From the NCBI GenBank assembly GCA_963817915.1, contig CAWFQL010000018.1:50965-114964 (forward strand): a DNA stretch of 64,000 nt. Direction: 5' to 3'. The first letter of the stretch is position 1. Every line of letters starts with the position of its first letter. Origin of the DNA: an uncultured candidate division Zixibacteria bacterium. Lineage in GTDB: Bacteria > Zixibacteria > MSB-5A5 > UBA10806. Positions 12,405-24,077 of this stretch are shown here, piece after piece. Below the pieces are notes generated by a model. That model searched no databases and was not told the DNA's origin. It worked only from the letters and a program-made list of their open reading frames with translations. The translations under genes and the position numbers were made by a program.

Positions 12405-13181
12405 ATGAAAACCAAAACTATCGTAATCACAGGGGCCAGCGGCGGTATCGGAGCCGAATTGGCCAGACAACTTGGAGCTCAAGGTCATAACATTATCCTG
12501 GCCGCCCGCAGGGAAATTGAACTAACCAATGTTGCCAATCAGATCGGCAAGAACGCCATTACAGTCATCGCCGATGTCAGACAGCGCTCAAATGTCGATA
12601 ATATTAAATCCAAAGCCCTACAAAAATTCCCGGCGATCGATGTCTGGGTAAATAATGCGGGCAGGGGCATTCGCAAAAATGTCCTCGATCTCACCGATGA
12701 TGATATCGACGAAATCATCGCAGTCAATATCAAATCTGCCATCTACGGCATGCAAGCCATTATTCCATATTTCATGCAAAGGGGAGAAGGCCATCTTCTC
12801 AATATCTCGTCCTTTCTCGGCAAAGTCCCCATTGTACCATTCCGCTCGATCTATAGCGCCGCCAAAGCAGCCCTAAATTCATTAACATCGAACCTCCGGA
12901 TGGACCTGGGTGATCGATATCCGAATATCCATGTAACTACAGTCATGCCGGGCGGAGTCGCTACCGATTTTTCGAAAAATGCTCTGGGTGGCCCGCCGCC
13001 AACTCCACCTCCAGCCGGCGCTATGAGGGCCCAAACCGCCGCTGAGGCCGCCGCCGCTATCGTATCGGTGATCGAAAATCCACGCCCAGAAATATTCACC
13101 ATTCCCGCCTTAGCCGATATCGCCAAACGATACCACAACGACATCGCCGCCTTCGAAGAAGGATTGCGAAAAATGGGATAG
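12405..13181 (+). CDS. Short-chain dehydrogenase/reductase
   Basis: TGASGGIG, NNAG, YSAAK catalytic motif; RBS aaggag before ATG 12405. Confidence 0.92.
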   Translation: MKTKTIVITGASGGIGAELARQLGAQGHNIILAARREIELTNVANQIGKNAITVIADVRQRSNVDNIKSKALQKFPAIDVWVNNAGRGIRKNVLDLTDDDIDEIIAVNIKSAIYGMQAIIPYFMQRGEGHLLNISSFLGKVPIVPFRSIYSAAKAALNSLTSNLRMDLGDRYPNIHVTTVMPGGVATDFSKNALGGPPPTPPPAGAMRAQTAAEAAAAIVSVIENPRPEIFTIPALADIAKRYHNDIAAFEEGLRKMG

Positions 13182-13189
13182 GATTTTTT

Positions 13190-13281
13190 GAGGTTTGATA
13201 AATCAAACCCCTACCCTTGCCTATTGAAGATGGTTGAAAAATTAACAAAATTACGGTAGGGGTTCAAAATTTTGAACCCCT
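13190..13281. repeat. Back-to-back pair of GTAG REP-like palindromes
   Basis: Minus strand GTAGGGGTTTGATTTATCAAACCTC (13214-13190) and plus strand GTAGGGGTTCAAAATTTTGAACCCCT (13256-13281). Confidence 0.7.
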
Positions 13282-13389
13282 CTTATCATGCGCTAAATCG
13301 ATCCATATTACTGGCCGACCTGCGAAATCTCCTTTCTTATTGAATCTCAACAACTTAATCCTGTTTACCCAAAATCTTGCCTAAATAGT

Positions 13390-13513
13390 ACACAAAAAAA
13401 TGGGCCAGACACAATCTATGGTATTTTGAAATATGTTGATACACAACATGTTGTGTTAAATTGAAAAAAAATATCAATTTTTTCTTGACAGTTTTTTGCT
13501 TGCTCGCTAACAT
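13390..13513 (+). promoter_or_regulatory. Second, inverted copy of the thyX-nrdJ regulatory module: tandem NrdR boxes plus sigma70 promoter
   Basis: Gapless match to the reverse complement of 9533-9656 (about 12 mismatches in 124 nt by eye); boxes 13409-13424 and 13441-13456; TTGACA 13485-17 nt-TAACAT 13508. Confidence 0.85.
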
Positions 13514-13768
13514 GGGCGCGATTTCGGGATGCTTTTGAGCATCTACCGCCTTGGTTGGCCAGTAATGCCTTAAGTTTCAAGATGTTAAGGCGGCGAGTAC
13601 AAAACAATTAAATCGGAGGGGGATAATGAAAAAAAATTAAGCGAGCAATGTTGTTTGAGCAACATTACTCGCTCGGAATCAAAGTAATAGAAATCTATCC
13701 TATTACCTCAGATATCTTAGGATAAGATTTCTATAAAGAAAAAACAATATAATTTTGAAAGGTGAAAA

Positions 13769-14047
13769 ATGAACCTTGATCATCAAACGTTAAAACAAAT
13801 CTGGAATAAAGCCACTCCAATTTCCGGTTACACTCCTGAAGTGTGGCGGCGAGATTATTTCGGGTCCGCGATAAATTGGGGCGATTACGGAAACAGAAAT
13901 TCCGAATATGGTTGGGAAGTAGACCATTATATTCCCACTCATAAGGGTGGCAGTGACGCCTTAGAAAATCTTCGCCCACTAAATTGGAAGAACAATGCAA
14001 AAAAGCAAGATAACTTGCTTTCGCAACTTTTGAACCTTAAACATTAA
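13769..14047 (+). CDS. Small stand-alone HNH endonuclease-family protein
   Basis: WEVDHYIPTHKGGSDALENLRPLNWKNN HNH motif; RBS aaggtg. Confidence 0.88.
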   Translation: MNLDHQTLKQIWNKATPISGYTPEVWRRDYFGSAINWGDYGNRNSEYGWEVDHYIPTHKGGSDALENLRPLNWKNNAKKQDNLLSQLLNLKH

Positions 14048-14062
14048 TTTTACTATTTCACC

Positions 14063-14088
14063 GGCGGCCATAACTCATTATGGTCGCC
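14063..14088. terminator. Hairpin/terminator between convergent genes
   Basis: ggcggccataa-ctca-ttatggtcgcc. Confidence 0.6.
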
Positions 14089-14124
14089 ATTATTTATTCA
14101 TTTAATAAAGATAAAAACAATATA

Positions 14125-14775
14125 CTACTTCTTCACAAACACAATATAATCTCTGGCCACTTTATGAATATCATATTTGTCGCAGCCAGCATCCTTCATC
14201 AGCCGCTTGACTCGCCCCAATGAATAGAATCGCACAGGGCAATTGTTCAACGACAGTCGAACCTTTCTAATAGGTGTCATTGGATGGCAGAGCTTGGGGA
14301 ATGACATAAATAAATTGCCATTGTTGATCTCGAGCATCTTCTTAATATGCGGTAATGGCTCTAAAATATAATCGAAATATCCCACCGCCAAAATTATATC
14401 GTATTTTTTCTCAGCCTTGAAATCCATGAAATCGTTCATCTGGAATTTCATCTTATCCGCTAAGCCCGCTTCCTTGGCAAGCGTCCGAGCCGATACCAGC
14501 GCGCCCTCGGCGGCATCGATCCCCAATATATCGGTCGCGCCATGCTTCGCGGCCTCGAACATATATCGTCCGGTGCCGCATCCGATATCGAGCACCGATT
14601 TGCCCGACATGTCCTTCATCAGATCGAATGCCAGATTAAATCTCATCCTTACCGATGCTCTTACAGTTCGGTCGAGCCAGCCGGAGAATCCTTTTCTCTC
14701 CTGGTAAATTTTATCGAATACTTCTATACGTCTGTCAAAATAGTCAATTGCTCCGGGATTTCGTCTGTCGGTCAT
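14125..14775 (-). CDS. Class I SAM-dependent methyltransferase
   Basis: VLDIGCGTG motif I; ILGID; YDIILAVGYFDY. Confidence 0.88.
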   Translation of the reverse strand: MTDRRNPGAIDYFDRRIEVFDKIYQERKGFSGWLDRTVRASVRMRFNLAFDLMKDMSGKSVLDIGCGTGRYMFEAAKHGATDILGIDAAEGALVSARTLAKEAGLADKMKFQMNDFMDFKAEKKYDIILAVGYFDYILEPLPHIKKMLEINNGNLFMSFPKLCHPMTPIRKVRLSLNNCPVRFYSLGRVKRLMKDAGCDKYDIHKVARDYIVFVKK

Positions 14776-15017
14776 TTTTCCTCCATAATTGCCTCATTAT
14801 AACCATATTCCGATTTTGAGGCAAAGATATTATGCGCGCTTAGGCTTAAAATAGGCTTTGAAAGATAAAATAAATCTGCCAACGGTTCAAAATCGCTCCC
14901 CAAAAATCTCCTTTGATTTACACTGGAATCTTTCTATCTTTAATTCAATAGGATGATCTTCGAAATGGCTGTCAAAATTCTTGAGGCCACATTACCGGGA
15001 TCAAGCGTATAAATAGT

Positions 15018-15698
15018 ATGTTGAAAAAGCTTCTTTTGGTACCAGTAATTCTAATGTCCCTGATTGCCATAACCGATGGCCAGGAAAAGAGTTCGCAGGA
15101 CCCTTCGGCGGTGACTATCGCCCGCCTTCATTATTCTGGCGGGGGCAATTGGTACTGGGGTCAGTCCGCGCTACCCAATCTGCTAAAATTCATGAAAGAA
15201 AATACCACGATTGAAACCGCCGATCAGGAAGTCAATGTCATTCCTACCGATCCGAATCTGTTCAAATACCCGTTTCTCTATCTTACCGGACATGGCGATT
15301 TACGTTTCTCCGACGATGACGCCGCGGCCCTGCGTGCCTATCTCGAAAATGGCGGTTTTCTTTTCGCCAATGATAGCTATGGCCTGAATGCCGATTTCAG
15401 AAAAGCGATGAAGCAGGTTTTCCCCGATAGAGAGCTGGTCGAATTGCCATTCGCTCACCCCGTATATCATTCGAGATATGATTTTCCCAACGGCGTTCCG
15501 AAAATTCATAAGCATGATGGAAAACCGCCGCAGGGATTTGGAATTATTATCGATGGCAGGCTTGTGGTCTTTTTCGACTTTGAATCGGATATCGGCGATG
15601 GCCTGGAAGATTCTGAAGTATATAACGATCCGCCGGAAAAACATATCGCCGCCCTACAAATGGCAACAAACCTTGTCACTTACGCGTTGACACATTAG
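15018..15698 (+). CDS. DUF4159 domain-containing exported protein
   Basis: Signal peptide; YSGGGNWY, YPFLYLTGHG, YLENGGFL, PKIHKHDG motifs. Confidence 0.85.
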   Translation: MLKKLLLVPVILMSLIAITDGQEKSSQDPSAVTIARLHYSGGGNWYWGQSALPNLLKFMKENTTIETADQEVNVIPTDPNLFKYPFLYLTGHGDLRFSDDDAAALRAYLENGGFLFANDSYGLNADFRKAMKQVFPDRELVELPFAHPVYHSRYDFPNGVPKIHKHDGKPPQGFGIIIDGRLVVFFDFESDIGDGLEDSEVYNDPPEKHIAALQMATNLVTYALTH

Positions 15699-15716
15699 GA
15701 GTGATGGGCCGATTTC

Positions 15717-18700
15717 ATGGATAATCAAAGCAATTACACTGGGATAGTAGCCAGACTAAAGAACCTTCAGGCGAAATTAGCTTACCTCAGGGCATTTCAA
15801 GGCCTGCTAACCAGTATTGGTATCGCTGTTCTGCTTTTTGGGATATTAATCGGAATTACATCTATAACCTGGCTTGATATTCCAATTAGGATCATTGTCG
15901 ATATCGTGCTGGCTATCGGCTTGGTAGCCATAATCTATTTTCTTTGCATCCGGCCGCTGATCAATCGAATTGGACTCCTGCCGATCGCCCGAACATTAGA
16001 AAAAAAATATGGGCAATTTCAATCACGCCTTATCGCCGCCTTGGAGCTGTACGACAAGGCGAAGGAAAATCGCGAAAATTATTCAATCGAACTAATCGAA
16101 AAAACTATCGAGGAAGCCGGCGGTGTAGTAGGTGAAATCGATACCGATGCGGCGATCAATTATAAGCCGTTAAAAGGGACATCGATCAAAATCGGAATTC
16201 TTGTCATGGCCGCGGTTGCGGGAATAATAATTAACCCGCCTCTGGTCGGAAGGACATGGCAATTATATTCAAATCCGGCATCTGATTTCTCCAAGCCTCC
16301 AGCCTTTTCATTAAAAATTACTCCTTCAGGCGGCGAATATTATCGAAACAAAGATTTGGCGGTTTTGGCTATTCCCGAGGGAATCCCGCCGCGAAATATC
16401 GATATCAATTTCAAATTCGAAGATGGCGAATGGGCCAGCGAGCCAATGAATAAACCTCAAAATGACACCGCCCAATCATTCGCATATACATTCAAGAACA
16501 TTAAGCGCTCAGTCGACGTCTATGCCCGTTCGGGAAATATCGAATCGCAGAAAATGCATTATGAAATAGTTGATCCGCCACGTTTAATCGACCTCAAGCT
16601 CTTGATGGATTATCCATCTTATTCGCGGCTGCCATCGTCCAATGGCGCTCCCAATGACGGCAACGTAGCGGCCCTGAAGGGAACGGCTGTATCAATAGCG
16701 GCTAAAGCAAATAAACCGTTGTCTGGTAGCTATCTTTTGTTCAGCGATTCAACAAAAATTAATCTCAAGACCGACGGTGACCTGATAAGTGGAAAATTCT
16801 CCGTGAAAAATTCCATGCGATATACAATCGCAATGCGCGACCAGGCTAACCGCGAAAATCCCGAGCCGATCTGGTATGATATTCAGCCGCTCGATGATTA
16901 TCCGCCTTCTATTGAAGTAGTCTTTCCAGGTGTCGATGTCGATCTCAATGATCAAATGGCAGTGCCGCTCAATATCGCGATCAGCGACGATTATGGTTTT
17001 GATAAACTTAATCTCGTATGGTGGCTGATGTCGCAAGGCCAACAAGGCCAACCGTCGAAAATCAACATTAGATTAGATGATCTAAAGACACTCCAGCAGC
17101 TTATCAGTCATAAATGGGATGTCAGTAATCTCGGTATGGAGCCGGGCGATCTGCTCTATTACTATTGCGAGGTCAGCGACAACGATGCGATTTCCGGCCC
17201 CAAATGGTCCAAAAGCAAAACCTATGCCGCCAGGCTCCCAAGCCTTGACGAGATTTTGGCCGATGTTGGAGATGCCGGCGAACATCAAGTGGAAAAACTT
17301 GAAGAAGTATTGAAGAACCAAAAGGAATTGCAGGAGCAGATTAACGATATCGCCCGCGAGATGATGAAAGCCAATGATGTTTCCTGGGAACAACAGCAAA
17401 AGGCCTCGAAAGCTCTCGAAAAACAGAAAGAGCTTGCCAAAGAATTAAGCAATCTTGCGGACCAGATGCAGGATAATCTGAATAAGCTCGAAGAGAATAA
17501 TCTTGTGGGTGAGCAGATCGCCGAAAAGATGCAGGAAATTCAGAAGCTCATGGACGAAGTCGCGCCGCCGGAACTCAAAGACGCCATGAAAAAACTCGAG
17601 GAAGCGTTGAAAAATATGAATCCCGAGGATATGAAAAAAGCCCTTGATCAAATGAATATGAGCACCGAGCAGCTTCTGGAAAATCTCGATCGCACTCTTG
17701 CACTTCTCCAAAAACTCGCGGTCGAACAAAAATTGGATATGCTCGCGCAGATGGCCGATCAGTTAGTTCAAGATCAAAATAAAATAAATGAAAATGTCGA
17801 TAAGGCGTCGGATTCATTATCGCTCTGCAAACAAAGCGGGCCGCAAAAAAATAATTCCGACAATTTCGATCTTTTGAAAAAGCAATTCAATGACCTAAAA
17901 CAGATGGACGATACCACCAGAATGATTCCGCCGCAGGAAAAGGAAGAAGCCAACCAGCAGGTAAATAATCCCGAAATTCCCCAGGATTTTAAGCAGAATC
18001 AGGAATCGATGTGCAAGAATAGCCAGGGAGCATGCCAGAATAAGGGAAAGAAACTCGCGGGCAATCTCTCCAAAATGGCGGAATCATTGAAAAAAGCCCA
18101 GAAGGCGATGCAGGAACAGCAAAAAGCCGATATCACCAAAAAATTGGATAGAGCCGCCGAAGATTTGCTTTACGTTTCCGGCCGTCAGGAGATTCTCCTC
18201 GATACGACAAGAGCCTATGCTCAAACCGGCGATCAGCTTCGTAAAATAGCTGGCGATCAAATCCAACTCACCGCGGCTTCATCGCGGGTCGCCGATGCCA
18301 TCTCCGAAATATCCAAAGAAACCATATTCATTAATATTTCCCTTATGAAAATGCTCGGTCAGGTATTGGCGGGAATGAATGACGCGTCAAATAAGCTCGA
18401 TGGCCGTATGTCACAGGCCGCGATTCAAAGCGAACAGGGTGCCATGGCCAGCCTGAATCTTGCCGTGATGATGATACTGCAGGCCCGTAATAATGCCTCA
18501 AATTCCAGCTCAGGCTCCGGAATGCAGGAGATGATGAAACAGTTGCAGCAGATGTCGCAATCGCAATCGAGCCTGAATCAGGAGACCATGAATATAATGC
18601 CTAAACCCGGCATGAGGCTATCCTATAGCCAGCAGCAATCCATGCAACGATTAGCGGGCCAGCAGGAGATGCTCAGAAGGCAATTGGAGCAGATGAACGA

Positions 18701-19076
18701 TCAGTTTGGTAAACGAGGCGAGATGCTCGGCAGGCTCGATCAGCTCGGCGAAGAAATGAAAAAAGTAGCTGAAGACCTCGCTAAATCAAATGTTGATCAA
18801 AAGACTATCGAACGGCAACAACAGATTCTCAATAAACTGCTCGATACCCAGAAATCGGTGAATCAGAGGGACTATTCGCAAAAACGAAAAGCCGAGGAAG
18901 GTTTTGATGTCGCCAGAAAATCGCCGAATTTGCCCGATGAAAATACTATCGGAAAAAGCTGGCTTTCCAACGCCGCCAAGAAGGCCCTTGAGGAACGATA
19001 TCCCCGGCAATATGAGAAACTGATTAAGGCATATTTCAAATCCTTCCAGGGACAGGAAAATACCAGTGAAAAATAG
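15717..19076 (+). CDS. Membrane-anchored long coiled-coil protein (DUF4175-like)
   Basis: Three N-terminal TM segments, Ig-like region (DDYGF, DNDAISGPK), Q/E/K-rich coiled coil, C-terminal YP..YE.LIKAYF. Confidence 0.75.
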   Translation: MDNQSNYTGIVARLKNLQAKLAYLRAFQGLLTSIGIAVLLFGILIGITSITWLDIPIRIIVDIVLAIGLVAIIYFLCIRPLINRIGLLPIARTLEKKYGQFQSRLIAALELYDKAKENRENYSIELIEKTIEEAGGVVGEIDTDAAINYKPLKGTSIKIGILVMAAVAGIIINPPLVGRTWQLYSNPASDFSKPPAFSLKITPSGGEYYRNKDLAVLAIPEGIPPRNIDINFKFEDGEWASEPMNKPQNDTAQSFAYTFKNIKRSVDVYARSGNIESQKMHYEIVDPPRLIDLKLLMDYPSYSRLPSSNGAPNDGNVAALKGTAVSIAAKANKPLSGSYLLFSDSTKINLKTDGDLISGKFSVKNSMRYTIAMRDQANRENPEPIWYDIQPLDDYPPSIEVVFPGVDVDLNDQMAVPLNIAISDDYGFDKLNLVWWLMSQGQQGQPSKINIRLDDLKTLQQLISHKWDVSNLGMEPGDLLYYYCEVSDNDAISGPKWSKSKTYAARLPSLDEILADVGDAGEHQVEKLEEVLKNQKELQEQINDIAREMMKANDVSWEQQQKASKALEKQKELAKELSNLADQMQDNLNKLEENNLVGEQIAEKMQEIQKLMDEVAPPELKDAMKKLEEALKNMNPEDMKKALDQMNMSTEQLLENLDRTLALLQKLAVEQKLDMLAQMADQLVQDQNKINENVDKASDSLSLCKQSGPQKNNSDNFDLLKKQFNDLKQMDDTTRMIPPQEKEEANQQVNNPEIPQDFKQNQESMCKNSQGACQNKGKKLAGNLSKMAESLKKAQKAMQEQQKADITKKLDRAAEDLLYVSGRQEILLDTTRAYAQTGDQLRKIAGDQIQLTAASSRVADAISEISKETIFINISLMKMLGQVLAGMNDASNKLDGRMSQAAIQSEQGAMASLNLAVMMILQARNNASNSSSGSGMQEMMKQLQQMSQSQSSLNQETMNIMPKPGMRLSYSQQQSMQRLAGQQEMLRRQLEQMNDQFGKRGEMLGRLDQLGEEMKKVAEDLAKSNVDQKTIERQQQILNKLLDTQKSVNQRDYSQKRKAEEGFDVARKSPNLPDENTIGKSWLSNAAKKALEERYPRQYEKLIKAYFKSFQGQENTSEK

Positions 19077-20893
19077 TATCCGGAAATTTACATTTTCTAC
19101 TCTATCGCTGCTACTGATCTTGACCGCCTTAGCATATAGCCAGTCGGCCGATCAAAATTCCAAAGACTAATGATAAATTATCATCAGATTTGAGGACTGT
19201 CGGAAATCTTATCCAGCTTGGTGATATTGAAAAAGCCTCTGGTTATCTCGACTTTATGAAGAAAATGTATGGCGATAACCCGGCTATCAATTCGATGTAT
19301 AAGCAAATTTACCGCGCAGGAAAGCAATATGATTTACTGGAAAATGCCATAAAAAATCAACTCGCGGCCGACCCCAACAACCCATCGCTAATGATTGAGC
19401 TTGGCGAAGCACGATACCTTCAAAATGATACGACGAGCGCCGATTCGCTTTGGAATCATGTACTCGCAAATTACAGTCAGGATGAATTTATATATCGCTT
19501 ATTGGCTACTTGCAAGCTTCGCTATGGGCTATATGATGATGCCATCGATTTATTTGCAAAAGGACGAAAGACATTGGCCAAACCGGATCTGTTTTCCGAA
19601 GATCTATCTGCCATTTACGAAGCCCAGCGAAATTATCCCGCCGCGGTCGGCGAATATCTTTCCCAGCTAAAAGCAAATCCGGGATTATTCGGCATTATAA
19701 CGATAAAGATTCGCGGCCTGGCCGCCGATTCCGATCAGCCGGATGCCATAGTGGATGTTTTGAAAAGACAAATTAAGGAAAATCCCAAACAGCAATTTCT
19801 CCGTGAAATCCTCGGTGATATTTATATCAAGCTTGGAAAGATGCCCGATGCGCTGGAATGCTATCGTGCGATGGGAGCCGACAATGACGATGACGGGCAG
19901 TCTCTGGTAAGTTTCGCCAGCAGATGCTACGATTCAAAGGCATTTGGCACCGCTATAAGCGCGATCGATGAGTATTTTAAGATATCGAAAAAAGTTAATT
20001 TCAGGGAAAGGGCGATATTCGTCAAGGCAATGGCCCAACAGAACCTTGGGCAGGCCGATTCAGCGTTACAGAATTTTCTGGTTTTATCCCGAGACGCCTT
20101 AGATTATAGAATTAAGGATCAATCGGGATTTCTTGCGGGCGAGATTTACTTCCAATCGATGAAAAATTGCGACTCGGCGCTTTTCGTATGGAATAGCACG
20201 TTAAAATCCGCCAGAGATCAGGAATCATCCAATAAAATTAAAACCGAAATAGCTCTATGCTACCTCTCTCAGAATAATATCAAATCCGCTAAAGGCGCCC
20301 TTGATCCATTCAATGACGGCAGCGCCGTAAATTCCATCAATGAAAAGGCAAGATTTTTGATCGGGGAGATCGCGCTGATCACCGGCGATTATGGTCTTGC
20401 CGTAAATACATTCAAGAGTATGGCATTTCAAAATCCTGGCGGCGATTATTGCAATGAAGCGGTTCAGCAATTCAATTTCCTGAGCTTGCTTATGGATGAT
20501 TCCAGCAATTTCGGCTATATCAAAATCTACGCGGAGGCCATGAAAGCCCAGCTTTTAAATAATTATCAAAGTGCCGGCGATCTGCTTTCAGATGAATCAC
20601 TGCAAAAATCACCGGTCGCCGAGCAGGCGCTATTTTACTCGGCTTATTATTATTTCCTGGGGGGCGAAAGCCAGAAGGCATTGGATGGATTTAATAAATA
20701 TATAGTCAAATATGCTGATGGACTATTCGCGGATAGAGCTTATCTCGGGTTGGGTGATATTTATTCTGCAAGCAAGGAAAATATTCCTCAGGCCAAAGAC
20801 TCGTATAATAAAATCCTGGAGTCTTTTCCAAGCGGACCAGTAACGGAGCAGGCCAGAGAACGGCTATTGAGGCTCGAACCGCCGGAAAGATAG
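19066..20893 (+). CDS. Exported tetratricopeptide repeat protein; +1 frameshift near 19155
   Basis: GTG 19066 overlapping the upstream stop region gives a signal peptide (MKNSIRKFTFSTLSLLLILTALAYSQ), joined to ORF 19190-20893 by deleting one base in caaaattcc; many TPR-like helices. Confidence 0.8.
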
Positions 20894-20917
20894 GCTGATT
20901 TCTACCTTCTATTTCGC

Positions 20918-21163
20918 TCATATTCCCTTTGCGACTGGGATTTTGTCATCATCGTTATCTTGTTTTCCAAGTCTTCGACCCGGCTCAAAAGATTCTCGAT
21001 CCTTTTCAATTCTCATCTTCATGCTGGTTCTTATTAAAAGCCCAAGCGAAATGAGCATAAATATAACCGAATTTACTTTGCGAAAAATATCACCGTAATT
21101 GAATATCGTGTCCGAAAATGCCAATAAGCCGAGCATAAATAAGATTGTACACCATGCCAACAT
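20918..21163 (-). CDS. Small two-TM membrane protein
   Basis: Strong RBS (aaggaggc on minus strand), two hydrophobic segments, charged tail. Confidence 0.7.
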   Translation of the reverse strand: MLAWCTILFMLGLLAFSDTIFNYGDIFRKVNSVIFMLISLGLLIRTSMKMRIEKDRESFEPGRRLGKQDNDDDKIPVAKGI

Positions 21164-21289
21164 TTTGCCTCCTTTTCAAAATGCTTTATATGTCAAATAT
21201 CGACATCTCGTTGAGAAGCTTTATCTTAATATGAAATTGACAAACGTGGCCGATATTACTATTTTGCCGGTCTGTAATAAAGGAGGCAA

Positions 21290-24020
21290 ATGATTACGGA
21301 AATGGAAAATAACCAAAAAAGACTAAAGACTGATAAGCATCCTTCTCGGAATTCTTAGCGGCATAATACCTTTCATAGTGTATTTCAAGACGATGGCTCC
21401 TACATTGTCCTTCTGGGACTGCGGAGAGTTCATCGCCTGTGCCTATACATTGGGTATTCCCCATCCTCCGGGCACTCCCTTCTTTGTAGTCATTGCCAGG
21501 TTTTTTACTATCTTTGCCCCCTTTGGCAATATAGCCGCCCGCACCAATATAATCTCCGTTATCTCCTCAGCCATAACCTGCTGGTTGGTATATATCGTTA
21601 TCATCCGTGTAGCGCGCCGATTGCCATTTAGTAGCGAAAAATCACCATCGTTTCTAACTCAAATCGGAATTCGAATTGCCGGGCTGGCTGGCGCGTTGAT
21701 TCTGGCCTTCTCCGATACTTTCTGGTTCAACGGTGTCGAAACCGAGGTCTTTGCGATTGCCATGCTTTTGATGATGCTGATCATATACCTGGCAATCCGT
21801 TGGGCCGACGAAAAGGAAAATGGTGGTTCAGACAGATTGATTATTTTAATCGGTTATCTTCTACTGCTTTCAGTTGGCGTTCACTTGACAGTATTGCTTT
21901 TAATTCCGGCCTTATTTATTTTCTTTGTCTTAGTCGATAATACAAAATTAAAAGATATTCTTTTCTGGTTCACGTGGGGTGTGTTGTTCGCGGTTGTGGT
22001 GCCTTTCTACTTCTTCTTGGGAATGATTATTCCTTGGTTCGACAGTAACGGCTATCTCGTCTGGATGACATTAATGGTTTTAGGGTTAATATTTACCGGA
22101 GTTATGGCCTTCCAGAAGAAAATTGGGAACGCCGTAAAATCGCATCTAAACTATGAACTGGCCTTTGCCCTCTTTGCGGTAGGAATATTGGGATATTCAA
22201 CACATGTTTATATCCCTATCAGAGCCAGCCAGAACCCCGATATCAACGAAAACGATCCCTCCAATTATGAACGATTCGTATCGTATCTCGAACGAAAGCA
22301 ATACGGCCAGGAATCGATGATTACCAGAATGTTCTATCGCCGCGGCGCGCTGTCGCATCAATTCGGGCGATATGAAAATATGGGATTCGGCGGCTATTTT
22401 GTCGATCAATATACTCCCGATTCATGGGGCGATGGCGCCGGAATAGTCGTTATTTTTATCGGCGTCTTCGGGTTGATTATCGGCTGTTATTACGCCTATC
22501 GCAAATTCAAACCGCATCCTATGCTATTGATTGCCATAGTATTCTTATTAAGTTCACTCGGACTTTTGTTGTATCTGAATTTTTCAGACGGCACTCGTCC
22601 TGATCCGGACAATCCGGGCAGCCTGATTCAGCTTGAGGTCAGGGATAGAGATTATTTCTATACGCCCGCGTTTACGATTTACGCGGTGATTATCGGACTT
22701 GGAATGGCCTGGTTATTGGCATTATTCGGTGAAGGAAAGAAATTTACCGGTACCGAAAAAGATAAATCGATTAATCTCGGCGCATTTTCGGTGCTGGGGC
22801 TCGCTTTCCTTGTCTTGCCGATTTACACTGTATCGGCCCACTACGGATGGCATGATCGATCCCGGGATTACGTGCCCGAGGATTACGCGCATAATATATT
22901 GCAATCTTGCAGGCCCAATTCAATCCTGTTCACCAACGGCGACAATGATACTTTCCCGCTCTGGTATCTTCAGGAAGTCGACAAGGTTCGAAAAGATATC
23001 CGCATAGTTAATCTCAGTCTATTAAACACTGATTGGTATATCCTGCAGCTCAAACATCAGATGAATATCAATATGTACCTGGAGGATGACCAGATTCAAT
23101 GGATTCCGGCGGATCATCGCGGTTCGATCATCTATTATCGCCCGGCCAAAAAGTTTTATGATCGTGTCAGAAGTGTTCAGCGGTTCCTGACTCCTGAACA
23201 GGATCCCCGCAGTGGCCAGGTCATGCGTGTGCAAGACCAGATGATTGAGCAAATCGTTATTGCCAATATGGAAACCCCTATTTATTTCGCCGGATCGGTA
23301 CCAAATTCCAATCGATGGACACTGCAAAACTACTTGATTCGCGAAGGTATTGTCATGAGGGTCGATCCCGATTCCACCAAACCCCGATATGACCTTCCGC
23401 TTTCAGATTCTCTAATTACCAAGGTCTATCGCTACAGAGGTCTTGACGATATCAAGGCCTACAAAGACAAAAATAATGTAGGTCTCACCAGCACATATCC
23501 CGAACGATTCTCTGAACTGGCTGATACTTACATGTCTCAAAAAGATACTACCAGAGCAATCTCAATCCTACGAGACGGTATCAAAATATTCCCTTATTAT
23601 CATCAAATTTACGCTGATCTTCAGCAAGTCTACAAAATGAGAGGCGATTCAGCCGCTGTCGATTCCATGAAAATACTGGGATTGAAAAATCTAACGGAGG
23701 TTGCCGAAAGATGGCGCCAAATTGTTCTTTATAAGCAATTCCTGGGAGTATTCCTTTATCAGAATTCAATGTTTGATTCGGCGCTCGTCTGGTATCAAAA
23801 AGCGTTTGATCAGGCGCCGGATGATAATATTGCTTTCAGGCTTCTCAGAGATCTCTATCTCCAGCAGGCTCAGGTCAAACAATCTCAGTCATTAGCCGAG
23901 GAATCCAAAAAATACATCAGGGCGGCTCGCCAGGTGATGGAAGATTGGAATAACCGTCATCCAGAAGATAAAGAATCAAGAGATTACTATAATCGCATAA
24001 GATCACTCTTGCAGGGTTGA
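21290..24020 (+). CDS. DUF2723 family polytopic membrane glycosyltransferase (TMEM260-like) with C-terminal TPR; +1 frameshift near 21325
   Basis: FWDCGEFIAC, HPPGTP, EVRDRDYFY, FTNGDNDTFPLWY, NLSLLNTDWY; aggagg-ATG at 21290 joins the main frame after removing one A in ctaaaga. Confidence 0.88.
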
Positions 24021-24044
24021 TTTTTAAGCTAGAAATCTAAATTT

Positions 24045-24077
24045 GACGGCCGTGGAGAATTTTCCTCGGCCGTTTTT
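24045..24077 (+). terminator. Intrinsic terminator
   Basis: gacggccg...cggccgttttt. Confidence 0.75.

Noticed and set aside
13514..14047. IscB/HEARO (OMEGA) RNA-guided system
   Set aside because: The protein is only 92 aa with no PLMP, RuvC or bridge-helix segments.
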